Source: Candidatus Nanopelagicales bacterium (GTDB taxonomy: Bacteria; Actinomycetota; Actinomycetes; S36-B12). From it: a DNA stretch of 64,000 nucleotides. The first letter of the stretch is position 1. The number at the start of each line of letters is the position of its first letter. Positions 11,792 through 21,365 of this stretch are shown here, in pieces. The stretch covers positions 3,911 to 67,910 of the forward strand of contig JABAYF010000019.1 of assembly GCA_018609125.1 (NCBI GenBank), given 5' to 3'. The position numbers and the translations under genes were made by a program. The notes under the pieces were generated by a model. The model made no database searches. It was not told where the DNA came from and saw only the letters and a list, made by a program, of their open reading frames with translations.

Positions 11792-13966
11792 ATGAGTGAA
11801 CGGTCGAATATTCGACTCGTTGTGCTCGGCGTCCTGCTGATCTCTCTCATCGGTACCTTGGTGGCGCGCTTGTCCTACATGCAGCTGGTCGCCGGTAGCG
11901 AATATGAAGCGCAGGCAGCGAATAACTCCACCCGCGAGGTGTTGAACCCGGCCGTACGCGGACTCATCCTCGACCAGCGCGGACGTCCACTCGTGGCCAA
12001 TCGGATATCCCTCGTGGTGTCCGTTGACCGACTAGCCCTGGCTCGTGAAGATGACGACGGTGCCGCCTCCATCGCCAATCTTGCCCAGGCTCTGGATGTT
12101 TCGGAAAATCAAATCCGTGAACGGATGCTGCCGTGCGGTCAAGAAGGTGCTGCGGCGCCGCCGGTGTGCTGGGACGGATCCCCGTATCAACCGGTGCCGG
12201 TCGCCACCGACGTTGAGCCGGAAACAGCGCTCGCCATCATGGAACGTCGCGCGGATTTCCCCTCCGTGATCGCCCAATTGGAGTCAGTGCGCGAATACCC
12301 GCAGCCCTTTGATGCCAACATGGCACACATTTTGGGCTACGTCGGCCCGGTATCTCAGGAACAGCTTGACGCGCAGGGCGAGTCGGGTGATCCGGCTCGA
12401 CTCCGTAGCCGCGACCTGATTGGCCGTAACGGCCTTGAGGCGCAGTACGACGCCAACCTGCGCGGAATTCCCGGCATTACTTCACTTGCTATTGACACCG
12501 CCGGTCGTGTGACGGGCACTGCGGGTACCTCAGATCCGGTCGCCGGAAACTATGTTGTGACGCATATTGACGCGCGATTGCAGACCGTGGTGGAAGAGGA
12601 ACTGGAAGCAGCGGTACTACGCGCTCGTGAATCCGGTAACGATGGCGAGTCGGGGGCGGCGGTGGTGATAGATACTCAAACCGGCGGCGTCTTGTCGATG
12701 GCGAGTTACCCCACCTACGATCCCGATCTTTGGGTCGGTGGTATTTCGGCTCGCGATTACGACATCCTGTTGGAAAGACGCGCTCTGTCCTCCAACGCCA
12801 TCCAGGGTACCTTCCCGCCTGGCTCAACGTTTAAGCCGATCACGACCGTTGCGGCAGCCGAGCAGGGCTATGACCTCACCGAGACGTACAACTGCCCCAG
12901 TGATTACAAGGTTAGTTCTCAGACGTTCCGTAACTTCGAATCTGAGGGTTTTGGTCCCATTTCCTTCCAACGTGCCCTCGAGGTGTCCTGCAATACCGTC
13001 TTTTATCGGTTGGCTGACGAAATGTGGCTCAAGGCCGGCGGCAATGCGGCAACTCTTGAGTCTGCTGACCCCATTGCTGATGCTGCGCAACGATTTGGGT
13101 TGGGCACAGCCACCGGCATTGATCTTCCGGGTGAAGCACCCGGTCTGGTTTCTGGTCGCATTGAGAAGCAAGAGACCTGGGAAAATCGGCGTGATAATTG
13201 GTGTGCCGACGCAAAGGAAGGCTTTCCCGAAACTCGCAAATCTGATGCTGAATTAGCCGACTACTACACCGCACTTGCCAAAGAGAATTGCCTGGATGGT
13301 TTCCGGTGGCGCAATGGTGATGCCATCAATGCGTCAATCGGGCAGGGAGATACGGCTGTGACTCCGCTGCAAATGGCCATGCTGTATGCCGCGATTGCCA
13401 ATGGCGGCACGCTCTATCAACCCCATGTGGCCAAAGCGATTTTGACCAGTTCTGGTGAGGTGGTCCAAGAGGTGCTTCCCGAAGCTATCGGCCAGGTTGC
13501 CGATAGCGAAACCTTGGCGTTCTTGCGCACCGCCCTTGCCGGGGTGACCGCTGAGGGAACCGGTGCATCCTCCTTCGCCGGGTTCCCGTTGGACCAGGTA
13601 CCGGTGGCCTCCAAGACCGGTTCGGCTCAGGTTTTCAGTGATGTGTCGACCATCTCGTGGTACGCCAGTTTCGCTCCGGCTGATAATCCGCGCTACGCCG
13701 TCGTGATGATGGTGACCCAGGGTGGCACGGGCTCGGGAACATCTGGACCGAGTGTGCGCAATATTTACGAAGCCCTCTTCGGGGTCGATGGTGATCGGGT
13801 CAACCCCAAGAACAGCGTGCTGATCGATGCCGCTCCGGCAAGTTTGCTTCCGGTGGTCCGCCCCGATGGAACCCCGGTTGTTCCCGGGATTGACGATGAA
13901 GCCGCCCGGCTGGGCCGCGACCTTTCGGTTGGTCGCGCCGATAGCGCTTCTCGGGCAAGCCCGTGA
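11792..13966 (+). CDS. mrdA: penicillin-binding protein 2 (elongasome transpeptidase)
   Basis: 724-aa ORF; ATG after GGAGG; N-terminal TM anchor; SxxK (GSTFKP), SxN (SCN) and KTG (KTGS) transpeptidase motifs; followed by rodA. Confidence 0.93.
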   Translation: MSERSNIRLVVLGVLLISLIGTLVARLSYMQLVAGSEYEAQAANNSTREVLNPAVRGLILDQRGRPLVANRISLVVSVDRLALAREDDDGAASIANLAQALDVSENQIRERMLPCGQEGAAAPPVCWDGSPYQPVPVATDVEPETALAIMERRADFPSVIAQLESVREYPQPFDANMAHILGYVGPVSQEQLDAQGESGDPARLRSRDLIGRNGLEAQYDANLRGIPGITSLAIDTAGRVTGTAGTSDPVAGNYVVTHIDARLQTVVEEELEAAVLRARESGNDGESGAAVVIDTQTGGVLSMASYPTYDPDLWVGGISARDYDILLERRALSSNAIQGTFPPGSTFKPITTVAAAEQGYDLTETYNCPSDYKVSSQTFRNFESEGFGPISFQRALEVSCNTVFYRLADEMWLKAGGNAATLESADPIADAAQRFGLGTATGIDLPGEAPGLVSGRIEKQETWENRRDNWCADAKEGFPETRKSDAELADYYTALAKENCLDGFRWRNGDAINASIGQGDTAVTPLQMAMLYAAIANGGTLYQPHVAKAILTSSGEVVQEVLPEAIGQVADSETLAFLRTALAGVTAEGTGASSFAGFPLDQVPVASKTGSAQVFSDVSTISWYASFAPADNPRYAVVMMVTQGGTGSGTSGPSVRNIYEALFGVDGDRVNPKNSVLIDAAPASLLPVVRPDGTPVVPGIDDEAARLGRDLSVGRADSASRASP

Positions 13967-15162
13967 GTTACCCGGCGGGGGATTCAGGGGCGAGCACGAG
14001 GTCGATGACCGCGCGGCGATTCATCGGTGGTCGCGCCGAGGACAAACAGTCCTACTGGCGTCGCGTGGACTGGTGGCTAGTTATTCCCGCCGCGTTTTTA
14101 TCGGTGGCTTCGAGTGTTTTCGTGTGGTCTGCCAGCAGAGCCGATCTTGCTCCGGCAGACGATCCGCAGTACTTTCTCGTGCGTCATCTCATTAACGTCA
14201 CCATCGGTGTGGGACTAGCGTTCGTAGTGTCTCGCTTTAACTTTCGGCTACTACGCGCCTACACGCCCATCGTTTATGTCGTGTCGATTCTGGGTATTCT
14301 GGCGGTGTACTCCCCGATCGGATTATCCATCGCGGGGGCGAGGGCGTGGATCTCCGTTCCCGGTGGATTCACGCTGCAGCCGTCTGAGCTTGCCAAGGTT
14401 GCCATCGTCTTGGGGTTGGCGTTGGTGTTGGCAGAGAAACTAGACGCCGAGTCAGAGCCGAGTGACCGTGACGTTCTCATCGCCCTGGGATTAGCGGCGC
14501 TGCCCATCGGCCTGGTGCTGCTGCAAAACGACACCGGCACCGCCCTGGTCATGTCGGTGATCGTGTTAACCATGATTTCGGTGTCCGGTGCTAAGCGCCG
14601 CTGGATTATTGGGCTCATCGGTGGTGGCATCCTCGCCGCCGTCGTTGCCGTACAGTTTGGCGTTTTGCGCGACTATCAGATTCTTCGGCTGACCTCCTTC
14701 CTTGATCCTGAAGGTGAGTCCGGCGCCGCGGCATATAACGGCATCCAAGCTCGAATCGCGATTGGCAACGGGGGGTTGTTTGGCCGCGGTTTATTCGAAG
14801 GCCCGCAGACGCAGGGCAATTTCGTGCCGGTCAACGAGAGCGACTTCATCTTCACGGTTATCGGTGAGGAAGCCGGATTCATCGGGGCTGTAATCTGTAT
14901 TGCCCTACTCGCCATCATTATGTGGCGCGGGTTGCGCATCGCTTTGAACGCAGATGACCTCTTCGGGCGCCTGGTGGCCACCGGTGTTTTGGCCTGGCTC
15001 ATGTTTCAAACATTTGAAAACCTCGGCATGGCGATGGGCATCATGCCGATCACCGGCGTGCCGTTGCCCTTCGTTTCCTACGGGGGGACGTCTATGTTTG
15101 CTTCCTGGATCGCCTTAGGTCTGCTCGTGAACGTCAACGTGCACACACAGGCGAAGCTCTAG
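13963..15162 (+). CDS. rodA: SEDS-family peptidoglycan glycosyltransferase RodA
   Basis: 399-aa polytopic membrane ORF; GTGA overlap with pbp2 stop; FtsW/RodA/SpoVE-like C-terminal PLPFVSYGGTS motif. Confidence 0.92.
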   Translation: MSYPAGDSGASTRSMTARRFIGGRAEDKQSYWRRVDWWLVIPAAFLSVASSVFVWSASRADLAPADDPQYFLVRHLINVTIGVGLAFVVSRFNFRLLRAYTPIVYVVSILGILAVYSPIGLSIAGARAWISVPGGFTLQPSELAKVAIVLGLALVLAEKLDAESEPSDRDVLIALGLAALPIGLVLLQNDTGTALVMSVIVLTMISVSGAKRRWIIGLIGGGILAAVVAVQFGVLRDYQILRLTSFLDPEGESGAAAYNGIQARIAIGNGGLFGRGLFEGPQTQGNFVPVNESDFIFTVIGEEAGFIGAVICIALLAIIMWRGLRIALNADDLFGRLVATGVLAWLMFQTFENLGMAMGIMPITGVPLPFVSYGGTSMFASWIALGLLVNVNVHTQAKL

Positions 15163-15228
15163 CGGGCTATCCGAGGCGCGATTGCCAACCGCGATCAGCT
15201 TGGCCGCATCCTTGGTTAGGCTGACCCC

Positions 15229-17142
15229 ATGTCTGCATCCGTGTATCCAGATCTTGAGCGCGTGCTTCCCCTGGTTCAAAAACCGATCCAGTATGTGGGT
15301 GGAGAGGTGAACGCGGTCAGCAAAGAGTGGGACAGCGTCAATGTGCGCTGGGCCTTGATGTATCCCGATGCCTACGAGGTGGGCGCCCCAAATCAAGGCG
15401 TGGCGATCTTGTACGAGGTCCTCAACGGCCGTGCCGACGCATTGGCCGAGCGCACCTATGCAGTCTGGCCCGATCTTGAAGCGCTCATGCGCGAACACGG
15501 GATTCCTCAATTCACCGTGGACTCCCACCGCGCGGTTGGTGATTTCGACCTGCTCGGAATTTCCTTTGCCACCGAACTTGGCTACACCAACATGTTGACC
15601 GCTTTGGACCTCGCCGGAATACCGCTGCATTCGCGTGACCGCGGCGACGACGACCCCATCGTGGTGGCCGGTGGTCATGCGGCGTTTAACCCCGAACCGG
15701 TTGCTGACTTTATCGATGCGGCCGTGCTGGGAGATGGCGAACAAGCCGTCCTGGCCATTACCGACATCGTCGCTGAATTCAAGGCGGCCGGGTCACCCGG
15801 TGGTCGAGCGGAACTCATCCACCGCCTCGCTGCATCGGGCGTGGTGTACGTGCCATCACGATACGACGTGGAATACCTACCCGATGGACGAATCCGTCGC
15901 GTGAAACCTATCGACGCTGATGTGCCCTGGCGCGTGGCCAAGCACACGGTGATGGATCTTGACGACTGGGACTATCCGCGCGCACCCCTGGTACCTCTCG
16001 CCGAGACCGTGCACGAACGCATGAGTGTGGAGATTTTTCGCGGCTGCACACGTGGCTGCCGATTCTGTCAGGCAGGCATGATTACGCGTCCAGTTCGCGA
16101 GCGCAGTCAGGCGGGGATTGAAAAGATGGTGGCACGAGGCCTCAGCGCGACCGGGTTTGAAGAGGTCGGGTTGCTGTCACTATCTAGTGCTGATCACTCC
16201 GAGATTGCACCACTAACCAAGTCATTGGCTGACTGCTATTCCAGCTCTCAGACGTCACTTTCCTTGCCGAGTACGCGCGTGGATGCGTTTAACGTTGACT
16301 TGGCAAATGAGTTGTCTCGCAACGGTAGACGTAGCGGGCTTACCTTTGCGCCCGAAGGCGGCAGCGAGCGTATGCGTAAGGTCATCAACAAAATGGTCAC
16401 TGAAGAAGACCTCATCAAAACGGTGAGTACTGCCTATGCCGCAGGGTGGCGCAACGTGAAGCTTTACTTCATGTGTGGGCTCCCCACCGAAACTGATGAA
16501 GACGTTTTGCAGATCGCTCGTCTGGCCAAGGAGGTCATTCGGGTGGGGCGAGAGGTGTCAGGAACTCGCGACATTCGATGCACGGTGTCCATCGGTGGTT
16601 TCGTGCCCAAACCCCACACGCCATTTCAGTGGGCGGCTCAGTGTGATCATGAAACAACCGATGCACGACTGGCCAAGTTACGTGACGCGGTACGTTCAGA
16701 TAAGCAGTTTGCCAAGGCAATCGGCTTCCGCTATCACGACGGAAAACCAGGGATCGTTGAAGGTTTGCTCTCTCGCGGTGATCGACGAGTGGGGGCAGTG
16801 ATCGAGCGGGTGTGGCGTGAGGGGGCCCGCTTTGATGGCTGGAGCGAGCATTTCAGTTTCGATGCATGGATGAGCGCAGCCGAGATCGCCCTGGCCGATC
16901 AGCCTGTTGATGTGGATTGGTTCACCACGCGTGAACGCGACCACGCCGAGGTGCTGCCCTGGGATCACCTTGATTCGGGTCTGGATCGTGAGTGGCTATG
17001 GGCCGATTGGCAGGATGCTCTCGAACAGGTTGAGGTGGAAGATTGCCGCTGGACGCCCTGTTTCGACTGCGGCGTATGCGATCAGATGGGAACTCAGATT
17101 CAGATTGGGCCCACCACCACGTTCGTGGAGATTGACCGTTAG
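15229..17142 (+). CDS. B12-binding-domain radical SAM protein (TIGR03960-like), function unknown
   Basis: 637-aa ORF; radical-SAM cluster motif CTRGCRFCQAG; family assignment from memory of the conserved pair that precedes rne in actinobacteria. Confidence 0.88.
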   Translation: MSASVYPDLERVLPLVQKPIQYVGGEVNAVSKEWDSVNVRWALMYPDAYEVGAPNQGVAILYEVLNGRADALAERTYAVWPDLEALMREHGIPQFTVDSHRAVGDFDLLGISFATELGYTNMLTALDLAGIPLHSRDRGDDDPIVVAGGHAAFNPEPVADFIDAAVLGDGEQAVLAITDIVAEFKAAGSPGGRAELIHRLAASGVVYVPSRYDVEYLPDGRIRRVKPIDADVPWRVAKHTVMDLDDWDYPRAPLVPLAETVHERMSVEIFRGCTRGCRFCQAGMITRPVRERSQAGIEKMVARGLSATGFEEVGLLSLSSADHSEIAPLTKSLADCYSSSQTSLSLPSTRVDAFNVDLANELSRNGRRSGLTFAPEGGSERMRKVINKMVTEEDLIKTVSTAYAAGWRNVKLYFMCGLPTETDEDVLQIARLAKEVIRVGREVSGTRDIRCTVSIGGFVPKPHTPFQWAAQCDHETTDARLAKLRDAVRSDKQFAKAIGFRYHDGKPGIVEGLLSRGDRRVGAVIERVWREGARFDGWSEHFSFDAWMSAAEIALADQPVDVDWFTTRERDHAEVLPWDHLDSGLDREWLWADWQDALEQVEVEDCRWTPCFDCGVCDQMGTQIQIGPTTTFVEIDR

Positions 17143-17144
17143 AC

Positions 17145-17954
17145 GTGGCAAAGCGAGTTCCCCCACGGGTTGCCGATCATGTGCCGGCCATTCAGCGTCT
17201 TCGTATTCGGTACGCCAAGCGTGGGCGACTCAGGTTCACCAGCCACCGCGATTTCCAACGTGCACTTGAACGCGCCCTCCGGCGCGCTGAAGTACCCATG
17301 GCCTTCAGCGCCGGTTTTTCACCTCACCCCCGAATCTCCTATGCGAATGCTGCTCCTACCGGGGTGGCCAGCGAAGCAGAATATTTCGAAATAGGTGTTG
17401 TGCGCCACTGTGATCCGCTCATGGTGAAGCAGCAACTCGATGCAGCGCTACCCCCCGGCCTGGACATCGTTGATGTTGTTGAGGCCGCAACACCTGACTT
17501 CGCGGCTCGACTCGAAGCGAGTAGATGGAGTATTCGACTCGATCAGGTGGACGCATCTGAACTCGCCGCGGCAGTCACGGCGATCATGGCTGCTGATGAG
17601 GCGCCGGTAGAGAGAATGACCAAGGGCGGGCAACGAACGATCGATGTGCGCGCCGCTCTGCTCGCGGCCTATGTGACCGCAGGAACGGGTGATGGGTCTG
17701 CTGACTCGACACACAGTGCCGGTGCGGGCATGGAACAAACCGGCTGTGTCATACTCAATGTTGTAGTACGGCAGGTCACCCCTACCGTACGACCACACGA
17801 CGTGCTCGCTGCTTTGCGTAGCGTGGCGGGCTTTGTGCCTCCGGTTCCCGCACTGGTGACCCGAGAGCAGCAAGGCCCCCTCGCAGCGGAGGGATTGGTC
17901 ATTGAAGATCCCTTGGCCGCAGACCGCGACCGTCTGGCTAGTAGCCCCACCTAG
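17145..17954 (+). CDS. radical SAM-associated protein (TIGR03936 / DUF2344-like), function unknown
   Basis: 269-aa ORF; GTG 2 nt after the stop of the radical SAM gene; conserved partner position upstream of rne. Confidence 0.8.
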   Translation: MAKRVPPRVADHVPAIQRLRIRYAKRGRLRFTSHRDFQRALERALRRAEVPMAFSAGFSPHPRISYANAAPTGVASEAEYFEIGVVRHCDPLMVKQQLDAALPPGLDIVDVVEAATPDFAARLEASRWSIRLDQVDASELAAAVTAIMAADEAPVERMTKGGQRTIDVRAALLAAYVTAGTGDGSADSTHSAGAGMEQTGCVILNVVVRQVTPTVRPHDVLAALRSVAGFVPPVPALVTREQQGPLAAEGLVIEDPLAADRDRLASSPT

Positions 17955-18104
17955 GGCTTAAACGAACGCGAATTGCTCCACGATCCACACAGGCTTTTTT
18001 CATGCTTGCTTAACCGATACCGCTTGGCTGGAACCGCAACGCAGACCGATGTGCCCTTGCCGGGCACTGTGCGCATGCGGGTCTGCCCCGAAAGGACTTT
18101 TTTC

Positions 18105-20666
18105 ATGGTCGATTCGACCACTCCCTCCCCACCGCCCAAACGACGTCGTGCCGCCTCACGTCCGGCTGGTCCACCCCCAGAGGTGGAGGCTGTCACGGCA
18201 CCGATTCCTACCGCTGAGTCAGCGCCGGAAAAGAAGCCGGCGCGAAAGCGCAGCTCTCCGCGAGCCAAGGCCGATGCCGCGGCGCCCAGCGTTGCGGCGG
18301 AGTCAGGCGAAGCCCCCGCCGTGGCTGCCACGGCCAAACGTGTCGCCCGCCGACGTAAAGCTGAATCCCCGGCCGATTCAGAGGCTGCGAGCTCCTCACT
18401 GACTCCTGCCGCAATTGAGCCGGAGGCTGGCGAAGCCGCTAAACCGGTCAAGCGCAGCCGAACACGTTCGGTGAAGACTGGCACGCCCGCCGCTGCAACG
18501 AAGGGCGCTGAGGAATCGGTCGGTGGCGCAGGGGATGCGCCCACCACCACGCCGGTGAGTTCGGCTGTGCCGCTATTTCAGCCACCCGACCCTGCCGCTG
18601 CGGCACCACGCCGTAGGCGCACCACCGCCAAGAAGGCCATTGTTGATCCGGTTGAGGACAACGAGCCCGCCGCCAACTCCGCTGCCGGCGATGACTCTAA
18701 TTCGGGCACAGATAGTGAACAAAGTGCAGCCGCTGATGACCCAGCCAACCGCCGCCGCCGCCGCCGAGGTGGTCGGGGTCGGGGTAGATCTGCCGGCACC
18801 CAGGACAGCGAGGCCAGCAATGTTGGTGATGATATTTCCGCCGATGAACAGGCAACGACTGCCAAAGGGGAGCAGCAGGCAGAGGCTGACTCCGCCGATG
18901 ATGTCGACGATGATTCCGCCGATGATGGATCGGGGGAGGAGAGCACCTCAGCTCGCCGCCGCCGCCGCCGCCGCCGCAAGGGTCAGGATGCATCCGGAGA
19001 ACCAGACGACCCCGAGCACACCGTGGTGCGCGTTCGAGAAGGTCGTACGCGTTCGCCTGAGGCCACATCGGGGAAGGGATCAACGCGACTTGAGGCAAAG
19101 CGCCAGCGACGACGCGATGGCCGCGATGCTGGTCGCCGTCGAGCACCAATTCTGAGCGAGGCGGAGTTCCTTGCTCGCCGTGAATCCGTTGATCGAGTCA
19201 TGGTGGTCCGCCAGGTGGGGGATCGCGTCCAGATCGCTGTCGTGGAGGACGGGGTTCTCGTTGAGCACTACGTTGACCAGGGCACGTCCTCGTCAATGGT
19301 GGGCAATGTCTACGTCGGACGAGTGCAAAATGTGCTGCCTTCAATGGAGGCCGCGTTTGTCGACATTGGTCGCGGACGCAATGCTGTCCTTTACGCCGGT
19401 GAAGTCAATTGGGACGCAGCCGGTTTGGAGGGTCAGCCCCGTCGTATCGAATTAGCTTTGAAGTCTGGCGATCCCATTCTCGTTCAGGTCACCAAAGACC
19501 CGGTGGGCCAAAAGGGTGCTCGGCTGACGAGTCAGATTTCACTTCCGGGTCGCTACTTGGTTTATGTTCCCGATGGCTCCATGACCGGCATCAGTCGCAA
19601 GCTCCCCGATCGTGAGCGCACACGACTCAAGTCGATCCTGAAGCGTGTTGTGCCTGAAGATGCCGGCGTCATCGTGCGGACCGCCGCAGAAGGTGCGTCC
19701 GAAGAGGAGATCATTCGCGATATCGAACGACTCAAGCTGCAGTGGGTCGATATTGAGGCCAAGCAAAAGACAGTGTCGCCACCAGGCGTCGTCTCTGCCG
19801 AACCTGATCTGGCCATCAAGGTGATCCGCGACATCTTTAACGAAGACTTCTCGCGGATGGTGATTTCTGGATCTGAGCTTAGAGCCAGCGTTGACGAGTA
19901 CGTCGCCGCTGTTGCCCCGGATCTGGCGCCCCGAATTGAATCGTGGACATCGGCGCAAGACCTCTTTACCGAATACCGCATTGACGAACAACTCACCAAG
20001 GCCCTCGACCGCAAAGTGTGGTTGCCTTCGGGTGGCTCACTCGTCATTGATCGAACCGAAGCGATGACCGTGGTTGATGTCAACACCGGACGCTTCACCG
20101 GGCAGGGTGGCAACCTGGAACAGACCGTCACTGAGAACAACATTGAGGCCGCTGAGGAGATCGTTCGTCAGCTGAGGTTGCGCGATATCGGCGGAATCAT
20201 CGTGGTCGACTTCATCGACATGGTGCTGGAGAACAACCGCGATTTGGTGCTTCGTCGTCTCGTTGAGTGTTTGGGTCGGGATCGGACCAAGCATCAGGTC
20301 GCCGAGGTCACCTCCTTGGGATTGGTGCAGATGACGCGCAAACGTATCGGTCAAGGGTTGCTGGAAGCGTTTTCCACGACGTGTGAGTCATGCGGCGGTC
20401 GGGGAGCACATGTGTCCTTGACGCCGGTCACTGCAGTTTCAGCCAGCAGCGCTGATGCCGACGGTAGCGATGAAACGCCAAAGTCGCGTGGCAAGAGCAG
20501 CGGCCGAGGATCTACCAAGCCCAAGGCTGAGAAAGTTCCTGCTGTCGCCACGGCTGGTCGCCGTAAGGGCAAGGGAGTTGACCCTGCTGATGTGATCGCT
20601 TCAGCTGCTACGTCGACAGAGCCACCGGTAGATGCCGGGGCGGAGCAAACTGACGCCTCAACCTGA
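18105..20666 (+). CDS. rne: ribonuclease E/G family endoribonuclease (RNase E)
   Basis: Central S1 domain (GNVYVGRVQNVLPSMEAAFVDIG) and catalytic core (IIVVDFIDM, TSLGLVQMTRKR, CESCGGRG) are flanked by about 360 aa N-terminal and about 90 aa C-terminal low-complexity Arg/Pro/Ala/Asp-rich regions. I prefer ATG 18105 (AAAGGA 8 nt upstream) to the ORF-track TTG at 17973. Confidence 0.93.
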   Translation: MVDSTTPSPPPKRRRAASRPAGPPPEVEAVTAPIPTAESAPEKKPARKRSSPRAKADAAAPSVAAESGEAPAVAATAKRVARRRKAESPADSEAASSSLTPAAIEPEAGEAAKPVKRSRTRSVKTGTPAAATKGAEESVGGAGDAPTTTPVSSAVPLFQPPDPAAAAPRRRRTTAKKAIVDPVEDNEPAANSAAGDDSNSGTDSEQSAAADDPANRRRRRRGGRGRGRSAGTQDSEASNVGDDISADEQATTAKGEQQAEADSADDVDDDSADDGSGEESTSARRRRRRRRKGQDASGEPDDPEHTVVRVREGRTRSPEATSGKGSTRLEAKRQRRRDGRDAGRRRAPILSEAEFLARRESVDRVMVVRQVGDRVQIAVVEDGVLVEHYVDQGTSSSMVGNVYVGRVQNVLPSMEAAFVDIGRGRNAVLYAGEVNWDAAGLEGQPRRIELALKSGDPILVQVTKDPVGQKGARLTSQISLPGRYLVYVPDGSMTGISRKLPDRERTRLKSILKRVVPEDAGVIVRTAAEGASEEEIIRDIERLKLQWVDIEAKQKTVSPPGVVSAEPDLAIKVIRDIFNEDFSRMVISGSELRASVDEYVAAVAPDLAPRIESWTSAQDLFTEYRIDEQLTKALDRKVWLPSGGSLVIDRTEAMTVVDVNTGRFTGQGGNLEQTVTENNIEAAEEIVRQLRLRDIGGIIVVDFIDMVLENNRDLVLRRLVECLGRDRTKHQVAEVTSLGLVQMTRKRIGQGLLEAFSTTCESCGGRGAHVSLTPVTAVSASSADADGSDETPKSRGKSSGRGSTKPKAEKVPAVATAGRRKGKGVDPADVIASAATSTEPPVDAGAEQTDAST

Positions 20667-20731
20667 GGTAGTCTCCATGGTTGGCTCCGCTGATCAACAG
20701 CGTCAAGCCTGAACAAACCCGAGGAGTTCCC

Positions 20732-21052
20732 GTGTACGCCATTGTCCGCGCCGGTGGTCGGCAGGAGAAGGTCGCCGTTGGCGATGTCGTCGTTATGGAC
20801 CGTGTCCATGCTGAACCAGGGGCGACCGTGTCGTTACCCGCAGTCCTCGTGGTTGATGACGGCGCCATCACCGCAAGCGCTGACGCGCTTGCCCAGGTGG
20901 CCGTCGATGCTGAGGTTCTCAACCACGAGCGTGGTCCCAAGATCCGCATCATCCGCTACAAGAACAAGACCGGTTACCGTCGTCGTATGGGCCACCGTCA
21001 AGACCTCACTCGGGTGAAGGTCACCTCTATTTCTTCAAGTGCTGGGAAGTGA
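20732..21052 (+). CDS. rplU: 50S ribosomal protein L21
   Basis: GTG at 20732, 5 nt after GAGGAG, gives the canonical (M)[14 protein letters not shown]-terminus; ORF-track start 20681 rejected. Confidence 0.95.
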   Translation: MYAIVRAGGRQEKVAVGDVVVMDRVHAEPGATVSLPAVLVVDDGAITASADALAQVAVDAEVLNHERGPKIRIIRYKNKTGYRRRMGHRQDLTRVKVTSISSSAGK

Positions 21053-21055
21053 CCC

Positions 21056-21310
21056 ATGGCTCATAAGAAAGGTGCGTCAAGCACCCGAAACGGACGTGAC
21101 TCCAACGCTCAGCGTCTGGGCGTCAAGCGGTTTGGTGGCCAGGTTGTGGGCGCCGGTGAAATTATCGTGCGCCAACGTGGCACTCATTTCCACCCGGGCA
21201 CGAACGTGGGTCGGGGCAAGGATGACACCCTGTTCGCTTTGAGCCCCGGTCGTGTTGAATTTGGCTCCGCACGCGGTCGTCGCGTCGTGAGCATCGTTTC
21301 CGAGGCCTAG
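21056..21310 (+). CDS. rpmA: 50S ribosomal protein L27
   Basis: 84 aa; [29 protein letters not shown] is a textbook L27 N-terminus. Confidence 0.97.
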   Translation: MAHKKGASSTRNGRDSNAQRLGVKRFGGQVVGAGEIIVRQRGTHFHPGTNVGRGKDDTLFALSPGRVEFGSARGRRVVSIVSEA

Positions 21311-21365
21311 CCTCGTATCCGGCAGTGCCGTTGCGCGCTGCCGCTGGGTTGATGAGGCCGAAGTC

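Noticed and set aside
17973-18104. TTG-initiated 44-aa N-terminal extension of rne
   Set aside because: It has no SD and reads (HDPHRLFSCLLNRYRL..) unlike the rest of the protein. The region contains a hairpin and a uORF-like module, so I treat it as a leader, though the start remains unproven.
17951-19201. Several 60-199-aa ORFs on both strands across the rne 5' region
   Set aside because: They are a by-product of the GC-rich, repetitive (CGC/GCC) low-complexity coding region of RNase E. None has a start context or a recognisable domain.
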